From Podarcis tiliguerta (lineage: Eukaryota), in assembly GCA_965153285.1 (NCBI GenBank), contig OZ229116.1: a stretch of DNA of 64,000 nucleotides. One strand, 5' to 3'. The notes below the pieces were generated by a model. It did not search any database. It was not told the origin of the DNA and saw only the letters and a program-made list of their open reading frames with translations. Below are positions 11,001 to 24,278 of the stretch, piece by piece; position 1 is the first letter of the stretch, and each line of letters starts with the position of its first letter. Made by a program: the position numbers and the translations under genes.

Positions 11001-14000
11001 CATTGACATTGCATAGTCAGGATAGTTATCAGGGTCTTAACCTACACAGGGGCTGTTGCATACATGAAGAAAAACAACGTCTGGTTTCATTGATGGCAAT
11101 CTGCCCAAACCAGCATGACCAATGGCTAGGGATGATGAGACATCTATTCAGCAATATTGAGAGGGCACCAGGTTGGGGAATCCTGGTGCAGAAGGAATAC
11201 TGAGCTAGATGGTGTGGCTCTGTATAAAGCAGCTTCCTAAATATTAATAATTTCTTTATAATCATAACTGCAAGAAATGTAAGTATTTACTTATTGTTAA
11301 AAAAATCAAAACTATCCAGAAAGTAAAACTTGCAGAGACCCTCAGACAGCTGTGAAGGCCTGCTCATCTACTATGGCAAACAACAACACCCCACTGCCTT
11401 ATGTATTTTACCCCTTCCCCAAGCATTACATGGATCTGCCATCCGTTTTTGTTTGTTTTATTAGCCCATCATATTGAAGTTCTTATTCTAAGGCAAGACT
11501 GAAACTGAATATCTATGTTTAACTTAACCAAAATGTGTGAGTGTGAATCCTCAGTCAGGCATCACCTCCATAATTGTTATTGAGTAATTAATCTATAATT
11601 CATTGTGCAACTGGCAAGCAAATAGGTTTAACAAAGGGATTTGTAGTAGCTGAGATGAATGTTGAAGAAGCAAGTCTAGAAAATGGTGAATGATTTATTA
11701 TTTTACTTATAGCTGAAAGTAAATCACCCTAAAGCTGGCAATATGTTACACAGTTGGAACTGAGTCTGCTTTTAAATTAAAACAAAGCCTCATATCTTTC
11801 CTTTAAAAAAAAATCCTTAAATTCTAACTATGAAGCAAAACAAGTGAAGATTTAATTTAGAAAGCTCTCATTTTGGATGAAATGCTATAGCTTGTTCATT
11901 TTAACGAAGTGTTGGACCAAGAAAGGATACCATTTATGTAAGCAGTTACAAGGGGATCCAAAATGACCAATATATAATATACTGTTATGGAGAGTGTGGT
12001 GAAAATGATGTAGTAAATAAGGTGGTATCATTTTTGTTGCAGAAAAAAATGATGCAGTCTGACACTATGTATGTTTATTATTTGGAAAGCAGTCCCACTG
12101 AATTCTGTTGGACTTGCTCCCAAATAATTTTGTGTTGAGATTCACCCATACTATTGAAAGTGCCTACATTTCCAGAAAACACCCTAAATTATCTGCATTG
12201 GTTCATATTTTTGAGTGCTGCTTCTTGGAACATAGTGTTGTGAGCATGGCTTGGCACACAGGTGTTATCATTGTGCCTATGATGTGGCAGTGGTGGAAGT
12301 GAACAAGTCCTAGTTCACAGATACCACTGTGTCCTCATGCGGCTGTTCAAAAGGCATGGGGAAGAAAGTCAGCTCCGTTAGCATTTTAATGTGAAACTTC
12401 ATATTTGCACTTCCTGAAATTATAATAAAGCCATTGAAAGCCCATTTCCCCCCTGAATTTTCTGATGCAATCTCTAATCTAAGAATGTAGAAAAAGTGCA
12501 TTTGGGAAAATAACATAAAAAATAAGTCGTATTAGGGGAAAGTGTTTGCAGAAATGCACATATTTGGGGAAATGTACCTTAAAATGCTGGTTAACCCCTG
12601 CTTTGTCCTCCTGATCAAAATGCTCAGGCGGATCTTCAGATGGCAGAGCAAAGAGGCATCCCAAAGACGAAACGCTGTAATAGTAGGTGACTTCAACGAC
12701 CCTTGCATAGATTAGCTACAAGTATCTGACTCAGTCTAAGGTGGCTTCCAGTATTTTCTAACCTGGCTGAAAGCAAGTCTCCAAGGCTTCCTGCAGAGGA
12801 CATTCCCAGTCCTACTTGTAGATCCCAATGATTAAACTTGGAACCATCTTCATGCAGAGCTGGTGCTCTATGGCTCTTCTGTTTTAAACTTAAACTTCAG
12901 AGTTTGCTTACTGACCCACTTGCAGTTCAAGATCAGCTCTTGTTCCTAGGCAGCAAGAAGAGAGCTTTGTATCATAAAACCTCTATTACAATTCAGTGGC
13001 CACCTTCAAACCAAAGCAAGCATCTCTCCTTCTGCTCAATCTCTTGACGTTTTGTTCCAGACAGTGTCAGGCAAAGGCTGTTTGATGTGTAATGAGGCTC
13101 TTATCTGACGTTTTGCTATTGTCCCCAGTGGTTGGGGGGGAAAATCATGACTCCCGGGAAAACAAAGTTTACATGTTGATAAGTGGTGTAGAAAGGAATA
13201 GCCTCGTGATGAGAAATGGCAGACACACAGTCTTGAGCCTCACTGTCTTTGATAGGCATAATTCACATCCACATTTTCTGTGGAATGAGTTGGGGGCAGT
13301 TCTGAAATTTTCTTTCCTTTGAAGAAGCATGATATCTAGTGTCTCTGGCCTCTGCTGACTACTTTATGCTATGGGGTAGGTGGACTGAGAAAAGGGGAAC
13401 TGCAAAAAACAAACAAAGGTTGAAAGGTGTGTAAATAATGGCTGAGGGAATAATCCTATGGCAAGATCCATTGGGATATGTAATTTAGGATGCAACACAT
13501 CTCTGGCTTAGTTGGCTGATTCCTGCAGACTCAGCCAGTGTTGTCTCAACCACCGCTCAGCTGAAGGTTCACCAGTGTAACTTGTTCATCCTAGCCCAGC
13601 TGGTGCAAATTCATCCAGGAGCAAGACCAAAGAGTAAAGCTTGGTCATGTGAGCTGGCCCCCTGGCTCAGAACATTATTCTAAAGGCTTGTTTTCCTTAC
13701 GCCAGGCTTAGTTAGAGCAGCAGCAGCAGCCCTGCTGCTTAACGGGTTGCAGATCTGGTGTAACTTTACACCAATTTAACTTACAGAGGCATGATTCATG
13801 CCAGCTTGTTGTGCACAGGATTGCTCATTAAGAGTAATTTCCTGCCATTACAAAAGTAGTGAATGTTCAAGTGTTTTATTTCTCATCCCAAGGATTATTT
13901 TAGGCCTTTAATTCCAGGAGGGCACCCCAGAAACAGCAGCAAACCCTTTGAGACTTATTGCTGAACAAAAGTTTGCGAACAGAGTAAATGGAAGCCAGTT

Positions 14001-15787
14001 GAAAATTCCAAGTCCCACCCCAAGGCTGGAGTAATTGGGCCCAAAGGAGCTTTGAGGAGGGACAATTGTGGGGTGTAGGCTTTTCAATGCATGGAGTATA
14101 AACCTTCATGTTAAAAACAAAGGTGTGGAGTCTTCTTTTTAGGTGACATTTTAGGTAGAGGGAGTTGTTTCAAAATGTATAATGTGGTTAAAATGGTTGA
14201 GGGCAGACACATGCCTTCCTGCCCCCCCTCCCTCTGCTTATTGGCCAATAAATTCCAGCTATAGTGAAGGAGTACAGCTTAGTTTCTTTAACTATGCTTT
14301 GCTAAAGAAGGAGCCTAGGGAAGCAAACAATCTATGAAGGTTGACATTGCTGACCCAGAAGAACAGAATGATGCAGAGCAGAGGGCACCTGTTAACAGGT
14401 CCCCTTGCATTTAAATCAGGAGCTATCGCTTTGAGCACCTCCTCAGTTGACCTTGGTTACCTTGGAATCAGAAAAATACACAAGAGTAATCCCACACAGG
14501 GATTTAGAGGTGAAAACCAATACCACTTGTGAAGGCTGCCCTCTGAAAACAGGGGATTTTGTTTTCAATAGTAATAATAAATAAAGTCTGTGCCCTAACA
14601 GGAAAAGTTTCTTCTATTCTGGCAGTGGAGCAAGACCCGTCAATTTCTCCCCCCCCCTTTTTTTGCAGTTTTCTATGCCTCATTTTGAGCTATCCCCTTT
14701 CACTTACTAAGACATTTCCCAGGCTACGTTTTCCAGGCTAAAAGATACCATGTTATGCAACAGCATTCTTAAAAAGCCCAATCCACAACGGGTGTAAATT
14801 GAAATGCTTAACAGTCTGGACAAGCAGCAGTGCAGATGCTATAGACATTTGCTTGAAATCAATAGGATGTATGTGAAATTGAATGTATTTTAGGACAGTG
14901 GGAAGCTAGGAATCAATATGGCTTGCTCTTTCATGAAGGGTTATGTTTGCCTTCTGTTTCAGCATACGGTTTGGCTCACTTACTTGAATAATCTGGAGCT
15001 CTTGTTTGATTGATTGGGGTGATTGTGTAATGGGTTCAGTCAATAAGAGAGAATTCTGGACATAAATAGGGTTCCCATTACCTTACTTATTAATAAGGAC
15101 GGCATATTTTGCAGGAAATTTAGGTGTGCTTATTTTCAAGTGTTTTTATTTTAGTATGTACCTTAGATTAACATCTGTCTGCTTCTCCATATCAAAAAGG
15201 CTGGAGCAGAGAGGTGGGCAGAGGGCTGTTGCTTCAGCAGTGAGGCAGTTCTGACTGAGGATTTATATAGGAGCTGGAGGCTCCACCCACTTCTGGGATC
15301 TCAGCCAGACCCAGACCCAAGCAGATGTCTCCATGTGCTTTCTGCTCTGCATAAGTAGCAGAGCTGTGCATAAGTAGGCACATGGATGGCTCTGAAGTTC
15401 TGCTGGGCTCATGATTTCCTCTGCTACCATGGCCCTGGAGGAGAGGCGGTGGTGGTGTCTGAAAGCCAGCCAGTAACCCATGTAGCTCGTGTGGCAATAC
15501 CCTGGAATAGCCAGATCAGACGGTTCCTTATGGTCATTTGCAGTGTAGAGAGCTACCTGCTTCCCTGGCTCATCTGAGGAGACTTCAGATTCAAGTCCTG
15601 CACAGTTGAATCCTGACTACAGGATAATTAGAGTCATGTTTTCCCAGAAGTAAGCCCAGGCTTGCAGCTGAAAGCAGTTAATGATGAAAGAAGCACATTT
15701 ATCCATGCAGGATGCTACTTCTCTGTGTCTACTCTTTGCATCTAGCTGTGATGCTTAGGTTCAGTTTACATGTGGATCTTGCTGACT

Positions 15788-15890
15788 CTGGGAACCTTCA
15801 AGTGTTGTTGGATTCCAAATCCCATCAGCCCCAGGCAGCACAGCCATGGTCAGGCATGATGGGAACTGTAGTCTAACAACACCTGGGGTG
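15788..15890. mobile_element. Palindromic hAT-type MITE (same family)
   Basis: gggaacctt...gttgttggattcc...cccatca / tgatgggaactgtagtctaacaacacctgg. Confidence 0.55.
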
Positions 15891-16129
15891 AGCACAGCTA
15901 TAGATGTCACTGTATAGAAGCAAACACACATATGTGTAAAGTAACCCTACCTAGACAATACTAAACAAAGTAACATTAGAAGGGCTGTGGGAACTTACAG
16001 TGGGAATCAATGGGTTTAGACCTTCCTAGCTTTGCAGAGTATGACTTTAGTTGGCATGTGACACACAAGCCTCTGCTTACGCCACAGAGGCACAATATCC
16101 AGCTATTAGCCATTCAGAAAACATTGATT

Positions 16130-16325
16130 TAATACATTTATATTCCACCATTTCTCCACGGAGCCAAAGGTGGCTTAAATGGTTCTCCCTTCACAAGGAC
16201 CCTGTGAGTCACATTAAGATTGCAAACAGTGACTGGCCTGATGACACTTCTTGGGCAAGTGGGGATTTGAACTCTTGCCTCTCAGGTCCTAGTCCTGGAC
16301 TCTGAGCCCTCCACCACACCAGCTT
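16130..16325 (-). mobile_element. Old tRNA/CORE (MIR-like) SINE
   Basis: cacaaggaccctgtgag...ggggatttgaactc...ccaccacaccagct (reverse A/B-box head). Confidence 0.6.
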
Positions 16326-17429
16326 CTAGGTTCTGAGGTAGCATCTTGACCTTGCAGGCATATTTGGTGTTGACAGTGCAGGCTATTTGAGATTTCAGGT
16401 GAGTTTTAGATTGTTTCTTTTAAAAGAGTTTTTATTTGCTGCATTTTGTTAAATTTATTTCTTTTTGCCTTTCAGTTGGTATTTCCACATTGTGCAAATT
16501 TGTTTTATTTGCAGTTTTGTATGAATACGATTTTGTGATGAAACAAGGCTCAGAAATATATCAAAGGGTGCCTGCCCTGCCCGTGAACTCCCCCTGCCCC
16601 AACATCACTGTCCAGGGCATTAGCTGGGAAAGTGCTAAGATTGAATCCCTTCACTCATGCAAAGAAAGTGCTTGACCCTTGCAGCATAGAGAGACTGCTC
16701 TCTGGTCCTTTCACTTGCTGCCTCTTCCTCAGCCATTATGAGTTTCAGTGAAATATTTAGCAGAACCTTAAGATATAATCGTGTCCATACTTAGAGTGAC
16801 TGCTCTGAAATCAATAAAGCAAAAGCCTGCCTAAGCACAACTGAACCCTGCGGTTTAAAAACACCTTTTGATTTAATACCAAATGCAACAAGTGTCACCT
16901 TCCAAACAAATGGGACTTGGCAAATGCATCCATGCTAGTGTCAGAATCAACATGCCTGGCATTTTAAGCCACTAGGACAATCCTCTTGGGGAAGAAGAAA
17001 ATCCCAACACCACCTTAACTGTAAAGAAAAGAAGACCCACAGTGCTCCACATATGTAACTCTGGGCACCAAGAAGGGAGCAAACCTGCCAAAAACTTATC
17101 TCATTAGTGTGCTTTGCAGCCGTGGAACAACTGTTTGGCTGAAATGATGTCAACTGAATATAAAACCATGTCTTGAGGGGGTGAAAAACCCAGCATGGGG
17201 ATTATGCTGGGAGAACCATGTACCAGAATGATGTTGTCGGAATTCCCCAAATGGGGGAGGAAAGGAAGATTTGTCTGCATGCATGTTTTGATAGCCAGCT
17301 TGACAGGAGAGGTATTTTCTCCCCAGTGAGATATTTCTTTGCAGCCAGTTCTGTTTTGGATATGGCAAGTGCAAGAACAATATACCTCTCCTGCGTTGGC
17401 TTGCACTTAATTCAAAATGGAAACTAAGA

Positions 17430-18200
17430 CGGACGCCTTTTTCTCGGGAGTTCAAATTAAGTGTGTGGTGCCAGGGCAAGCGAGGGTTTGCATGCCCTCA
17501 CTACAAAATACAAATGTCACCAGACATTTGGGAGTCTTCGTTCTTTCCCCCCTCCCCTCCTTCCGTTTGGATTTGTTTCTTTATACACTGCGAGGATTTC
17601 ATGTGTCATTCTTTCTAGTTAAAGAAAGCAGCTCCAGACTGACTTCTGACATGCCCTCTCCGATCACATCTATCAGTGCAGTGCGCCGAGTATTAAATGA
17701 ATGTCACCACCGCAGAGTCTGTCGGCCCTCTTTCTCCCACCCTCTCTCAAGTTTTAAATTNNNNNNNNNNNNNNNNNNNNNNNNNNNNNNNNNNNNNNNN
17801 NNNNNNNNNNNNNNNNNNNNNNNNNNNNNNNNNNNNNNNNNNNNNNNNNNNNNNNNNNNNNNNNNNNNNNNNNNNNNNNNNNNNNNNNNNNNNNNNNNNN
17901 NNTTCTCTTTTTTACTGGGAATTTATTACAGGCGTGTCATTATTTACAATGCACCATTCACATCCTCTAAAGAGCCAATAAACTGGCTGCTGAATATGCA
18001 TTCTGCTCTGTGGTTGAACACAGATGTTTCCAGCTAATATCCATTTCATTTAATTTCTTTTCTTCCCCCCTCCCCCCTCCTTTTTAACATAACATCTATC
18101 TTGCTATTTCTGTAGCAGCTGGGTAACTATTTGCCCGTCTTCTGTTTCAGAATCGCTCCTTTTGCTTATTATAGCTGGTGCCATTCATGTTGTGATGCTT
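17430..18200. promoter_or_regulatory. Candidate conserved non-coding element around N-run 1
   Basis: Repeat-free, retained CpGs (gtgcgccgag, ccgcag, gtcggc, ggcgtgtca), TAAT/TGTCA motifs on both flanks. Confidence 0.45.
17761..17902. other. N-run, 142 nt
   Basis: Directly visible. Confidence 1.
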
Positions 18201-18267
18201 AAAAGTCTGTTGGTATTTCACATTATTTAGCACAATTTTTAAACGGGTTCCAAATTCATCTGGTAAA

Positions 18268-18314
18268 ACACGCACACACACACGCGCGCGCGTGCGCACA
18301 CACACACACACACA
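18268..18314. repeat. Alternating purine-pyrimidine (CA/CG) tract, Z-DNA prone
   Basis: acacgcacacacacacgcgcgcgcgtgcgcacacacac... Confidence 0.85.
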
Positions 18315-18704
18315 GCCTCTTGGCCTTTCGTGAAAAGGGATGGCAACAAAGGTCTTAGGATAGGCCCCACCTTTTTTTTGCTCTAACACTGTATGCAAAA
18401 TAATATAAAATGTGGATATATTGTGCAAATATACAGTGTGATCAGAAATCAGCATATTCCCCCCCCCCAATGGAGTGCCATCTAGTTCTGTTAAAAATCA
18501 ACGTGGGTTTTGTCATGGGTGGCAATGGGAGAAGATTGCTCCTACTAGGTGTTAGCTTGCTTCTCCATACAAATTGGAAGTCAGCAGAAGAGATGTGATC
18601 TTACAGAAGCGAAATGATCTGCTTTTACACATAGTTCTGGAAAGCTTCAGATAATGAAGTGTTTGAGTAAGCTAGAACAGTGATGTCCCAGCTGTATGAA
18701 CATG

Positions 18705-19085
18705 CAGGGAGGGAGGAGAAATTTGACTCAGTTCACATTTAAAGGTGAAATTACAAATCCACGCTTTTTCTGCAACTATAAGCAAACGGAAGCACTGTTT
18801 TGCATGTTATGAAACAATACACAGATGTACAAAAATGCATCTGTTCGGATAAAGTCTGCATAGAAATGAATATATTAGTGGGGAAAGCACCATACAAAAT
18901 TCCATTATATTAGTGGAAATAATTTTGCAAAAGATGTGGATATTAGGATAATATTTATTAAAACCCCCCTTTTTTGGTAGAAATAAAATGGCAGACTGAT
19001 GTGAAAACGTGGGGAACTGAATTTAAAACTGGAAAAGAATTAGAAAGTGAGAAAAACCCAAACTGGCGACTTCACCCAATCCCAT
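18705..19085 (+). mobile_element. Old dispersed non-autonomous element (possible hAT-Ac-like MITE)
   Basis: Shares gagaaatt..cagttcacatttaaaggtgaa... with 57608-57890, 60148-60486 and the reverse of 40228-40620. Confidence 0.55.
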
Positions 19086-19297
19086 TAACTGGAACATGAA
19101 GCTATACAGCGTGTGTGCAAGGGGTTGGTCCTGGGTAGAGCAGAACCCAGGAAATTTGAATAATCAGCAGTTTCAGATCAACATGCTTGGATTTGGGGAG
19201 GGGATATCACCCAGTGGCTGGGAACTGCAGGAAGGCAGAGTGATGCTGATCTCATGTTCAGCTTGCTGGTTACACAAAGGCATCTGGTTGGCCACTA

Positions 19298-19434
19298 TAG
19301 ACCCTCCAAGTGTCCCTATTTTCCAGGGACATTCCTGGATTTACAGAAGCCGTCCCAGTTTCTGGTTTGATCTTGAATGTCCCACTTTTCCTTAGGATGG
19401 CCCTGTTTTCATCAGAGAAATGTTGGAGGGTATG
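19298..19434. mobile_element. hAT (Tip100-like) MITE
   Basis: TIRs agaccctccaa / ttggagggtatg; reverse complement of 34553-34689. Confidence 0.7.
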
Positions 19435-19454
19435 GAGTTATGTGACCTCCGAGC

Positions 19455-19600
19455 CAAGGAGATAAGTAACTATACAGCCTTTAGAAGACATCTGATGGCA
19501 GTGCTGTATAGGAGAGTTTTTTTAAAAAATGTTTTATTATGTTTTTATATATGTTGGAAGTCACCCAGTTTGATGGATGGTGCATAAATAATAAAATTAG
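19455..19600 (+). mobile_element. L2-type LINE 3' end fragment
   Basis: aactatacagcctttagaagacatctga matches the L2 tail at 54160-54200 (reverse). Confidence 0.6.
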
Positions 19601-19602
19601 TA

Positions 19603-19715
19603 CAGTGGTACCTTGCTTCCCGAACCAATTGGAAGCTGCGCCTTGGTTTTTTAATGGTTTCGGGAGTCGAAAGGACCCCGGGAACAGATTAAGTTTGAGA
19701 ACCAAGGTACCACTG
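19603..19715. mobile_element. Tc1/mariner (Tigger/pogo-like) MITE
   Basis: TIR CAGTGGTACCTTG / CAAGGTACCACTG with TA on both sides. Confidence 0.85.
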
Positions 19716-20299
19716 TATTATTATGGAATAGAACTTCCATATTTTCATTGGATAAGTGTTGGAGGATATGCCATTATGAAAACAGGGTGCTGGGCTAGAT
19801 GGACCATTGGTCTTATCCAACAGGCTCATCTTACGTGGAGAAAAACACTATCCCTGAGATGTTTATTTTTTCTGCTATACAAGGTTTGAATCAGAAAAGG
19901 GTAGGGGCTAAAAGGGGACCTCAAAGTAAAATGTAAATTGAAGTGCATGAAATAAATAGCAAGCAATCCAATCTTCTAATTTAAGCTACAGCAGAGCAAC
20001 AAGTTATTAAACAAATGTGTCCTTGTACCCATCCTTTACTATCATTGACCTCTCCCCCACTATGTTATCAACATTTATCCCTACCTTAAGGGATAAATTC
20101 CGCATATATCCTGCATTTTCTCCAGTGGGCATGGTCCTCCCATTCCTTTTCACCCTCCCAAGAACCCTGTGAAGTAGATTAGACTGAGGGATAGTAATTG
20201 AACCATTGCCCTTCCCTCACTGTGTTCTGTTATTGGCACTTTTGGTGATCCAGATGTTTTGGGTACCCTACATTCCAGAATTAAAGAGGTATATATATT

Positions 20300-20490
20300 G
20301 CCACATTTATATCCCGATTTTTCTCCAAGGTGTTCATGGTAGCAAACATGGTTCTCTCTCTTTTTATCATCACAACAACCCTGTGATGCAGGTTAGGCTG
20401 AGCAAAGGTTGCCCAGTGAGCTCCATGGCTAAGTAGAGATTTGGAGCCTAGTCTCCCGAGTCTTAGTCTGACCCTCTAACCACTACACTA
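20300..20490 (-). mobile_element. Old tRNA/CORE (MIR-like) SINE
   Basis: cacaacaaccctgtgatgcaggttaggctgag...gatttggagcc...ctctaaccactacac. Confidence 0.65.
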
Positions 20491-22532
20491 TAATATCCTA
20501 GATTGTCCTTCACTGATTTGTAGAATTGTTTTGTCTCAAACGTTTGCCCAAGACATTCCAATTGTAGCTTTAAAATGCATTTTCTCCACTTCAGTGGGTG
20601 TAAAGACAGCTTGATTCTTCCCCAAACAGCATGCCACAGAATGTATTCATTCTGTAAGAACTCCTGCTACGAACAAGATGTCCCTTCTTCTGCCCTACTC
20701 TGTCACAGTACTGCTGCAAACCAATTTCCTGCTCCCTGGGTTGCCTAGAGTGGGCCCAGTTTAGATCTTCCTGCAGAAGTCAAAGTCATCAGAGCTCTCC
20801 TTGGATGCCGATCTCTTAATTCATGGAAGTAATGATTTCAGAAGACATTATGCCGTAATGAACCAAGCAAATAATATAACACTTCTGATAATGCACTGAG
20901 ATCCTTGTGTCGTTGATTCATATGTTCTATTATTACTAGGGAAGAAGAGAACTGAGCAGTTTTTGCATTTGCTGTTCGTGGTAATAATAATGTAGTGTCC
21001 AAATTAGTCTTAAGTCCCAATGAAATCAGGGACCTAATTGCCAAAGAATCTTGGCCTATCTTTGTTGAATCCACTGCATCAGCAAGACCTTAGGCTAGCA
21101 CTCGGTGACATACTGAGGTGACAAAACTTTAACAGGCCTCCCTAACATATTAGTGTCCATTGGGTATTTCAGTGGAACTGCTTAGTTATAGATTTAAATA
21201 ATGATAAATGGCCAGGTGTGTGGGGAAATTAAATAGCGCACTCCTAACAATCCCCAAGACATTATATACATGATAATAAAAGTTTTAAAAGTCTCTTGGT
21301 TCCTATCTTAATATATTGTAACAAGGTCTATGGGCTTGTGCAGCTCTGTCAAGACGACATGTTCCACATTTTCGGTGCTCTCTGAATTCTCCTCTGAATT
21401 CTCCTCTTGGGGCATTATTTGTGTTTTTCTTTTACTAATGCTCCCTCCACTCAAGAAATATGGGGGCTCAAAAATGAAAGTAGAGCTACACCCCCAAATA
21501 TTGCAGCGTTCCATTTTAAGTCAACAGAGTGGCAGATAGTAAAACTGTGGGAAGCTCCCAGTGACTTCATTATTGCTCACATATTGCACTGCACAATTAA
21601 AGGTTAGGTGGCAAAATGTGTTTCTAAATCATTCCAAGAAACACAAACAGGACAAGAGCGGGGGCATAGGTTTGCTGCAGCCGTAATTAATTAGACTATG
21701 CCAAAAAAGGGCGGGATATAAATGATGATATAAATAAACTCGTATCTCTGAGTTATTTCTGTTAACAGAGGTTCATATGCATTTTATATAATCCATAACT
21801 GGCATTCAGAAGCCTTCTAAAGTTTTCTAAGCAATCGTTATAATATCCTTCCTTGGTTTGGCTGTGGGTCCCAGGGGTGAAGTACTTACTCAGGTTTCTG
21901 TGTCCCACTCAAGTCTCTTGGTTCCTCTCTTACTTATATTGTAGCATGCAATATATTGTAATACTGTAATATGTCAGCAGGCCAAGTAGGTTTATTTAAG
22001 TCAGAGGCACAACACAGGGATGGTAACTTCTCCAGCTTTACTGTTTTTCATGTGGGACTCAAGCTGAGCACTGACACTCACCCTAACCCGTATCTGAGCA
22101 TGCCAGCCTGAACAGTGTATAACATACCAAACAACAGAAATTAAAATGCTGTAACAAAAAAAAAAGGCTGGGGCAGACGAAGGGAGGTGACCAGAGCAGG
22201 GGGCAGGGGAAAGAATAAGAGACTGTACTAATGCAAAAGCCTTGATAAACTATAGATAAAAATAGGAGACAAGCTCAACCCTGCAGCCACTGAAATCTGA
22301 AAGAAATCCTAAAATTACCCAAGAATGAGGAAGAAAAGTGGAAGCCTCTTTTACAGAGGAAAGGAACTTTTGAGAAACTGGAGGATAGGTTTTAGCACCT
22401 CACAAGTAACAACCTGGTTTGTCCATTTTTGCTATAACAGAGCATTTCTCGGTGCTGAAGTTTGAGCTTGGGTTCTTAGAATTAGAAAGGTTAAAACTGG
22501 TTCCTTTCCTAAGCACAGGGATTCCACAAATC

Positions 22533-23308
22533 GTGCCCTCCCTAAAAGAGGTGAGACCTGGAGACCAGCACCCTGTGTTGTGGGTGGGTGAGATTGGTTA
22601 GCCACAATGCCCGATTGGTAGGTCCCTCGTTGTTGGGTTCAATCTGGCCAATGGGGCACAGTCCAAACGGATCGAGGGACCTATATATACCCATGCACAT
22701 GACCCAGAGCTTCCTCTTTTGGCTTGTGCCTTCGGAACACTCGCCCACCTCTCCCTACTTTTAGGGCATTTTGCGATTGACCTTGCTATGCTGTCGTGTG
22801 TCGTCTCTCGTTGGGACAGGGGCAGGAATTTCCCTACTTTGCTGATTGGCTGTTGCCATTTGAGTTTTGCCTGCCACGAGGCAAATTGTTACAACTTGTA
22901 AGGTTGCAGATAGGCACTGTCTCAGGTGATAGGGATGGGAGAATGGTCTCGCCATCCCTATGTGAAGGGTATTCCGTTAAAGGAATCCAGGGACTCAACT
23001 TGGTTTGGTCAACCCCTGAGAGGGGGTTGTGCCTGTGCCTGAGTCCAGGGGAGCATCTGGGGTGTGAACGGACTCTGTTCCTGGGCTTTTCACCTATCTC
23101 AGGTGTTCATCCTTTCCTGACCTATGCTGGTGCCCTGGGTCAGCGCTGCCTGAGAGGGTGCAGAGAGCTAGTCGAACCAGAGCCTTTGCAACCACTCACC
23201 TTCTGTAATCAATAAAGTTGTGGCCTAAATTCTGCCAAAAACCAAAACTAAAATTTGAGCCAAGTGTGTCTTTATTTAGGGAGGAGGTCTCTGGGTCTGA
23301 ACACGCAA
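22533..23308 (+). mobile_element. LTR-like (solo LTR or DIRS/Ngaro-derived) element with intact Pol II promoter signals
   Basis: GC/CpG-richer than flanks; ATTGG 22593 and 22614, CCAAT 22648, TATATATA 22682, AATAAA 23211 followed by GTTGTGGCC. Confidence 0.55.
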
Positions 23309-24278
23309 TATTCGTGTTCCTTGTAGTCTGGATGATGCAGGAAATGCCTCTTGCGAGATTCTTGCCCTGTTTATTTTCCATTTCAAAGCTTACTTTATTG
23401 ATGCTTTGGTGTCGTGCTGGTACCTCTATGGATAAATCAAACACAGCATAAACATATAAGTGTGAGCACAAAACATGCTTTCTTTAATAAAAGAAACCAC
23501 CCTTGTCACCAGATGAAGTGAAAATTAAACCACATAAAGGGGGGAAATGCTGGTTCACCCCCACCCCCACCTTCATAGATCTTCATTACATCACATTTGA
23601 TTATATTCTTCCATAGAATTAGAGCGTCAACAACACTTCGTACGAATGAGCTCTCTCTCATTTCATTCCTTGGGGCCAATAATGTTTAATAATAACTCCA
23701 AAGCACGCAGTTTAACCAGTACCCTCCAGCTTGTAAATTGTATCATTGCTCATAATTTACGGAAGAACAGTGGTGGCCGGAAGGTGAGGGTGGGCTGGGA
23801 AGTGAATGTCTTTGCATCTGTAGCTTTGCCCTGTCTGTGTGCCATATACACCAAGGTCAATAGACTGGGATGCAGTTATCTTGCTGTCTCTTTGAAGCAG
23901 AACTGCCAGGCGGAAACCCTAATTAAACCCAGGGTGTGAATCCCTGGGGGTCTATGACAGAAGGCTGTGCTTGCTAATCCACTACCACAATCAGTGCCAC
24001 GTGACGAGATTCTTCTGGCAGCTGTATACAAAGACCTGCCTTTGCAATTCTGAGCATTTGGGTTACACTGTTGTGGCACTTGTCGTTTAGCTGCAGGTAG
24101 GAGTGTCAGAACGCCCGTTAAGGGGCTCTTGTGGTTATTTGATGCACTGGCTCATTAAGAGCCTCTGTAGAGACAGACTATGGGGGGCATTGCCGAGAAA
24201 ATAAGACATAGATTGGCATCAAATTTGAATATAAATATATCTGAATGAATGAATTAAATGATTTGCTATGCTTTAAAT

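Noticed and set aside
17417-18037. 206-aa ORF and the other ORFs spanning N-runs
   Set aside because: Length is inflated by X codons; the flanking peptides are not recognisable.
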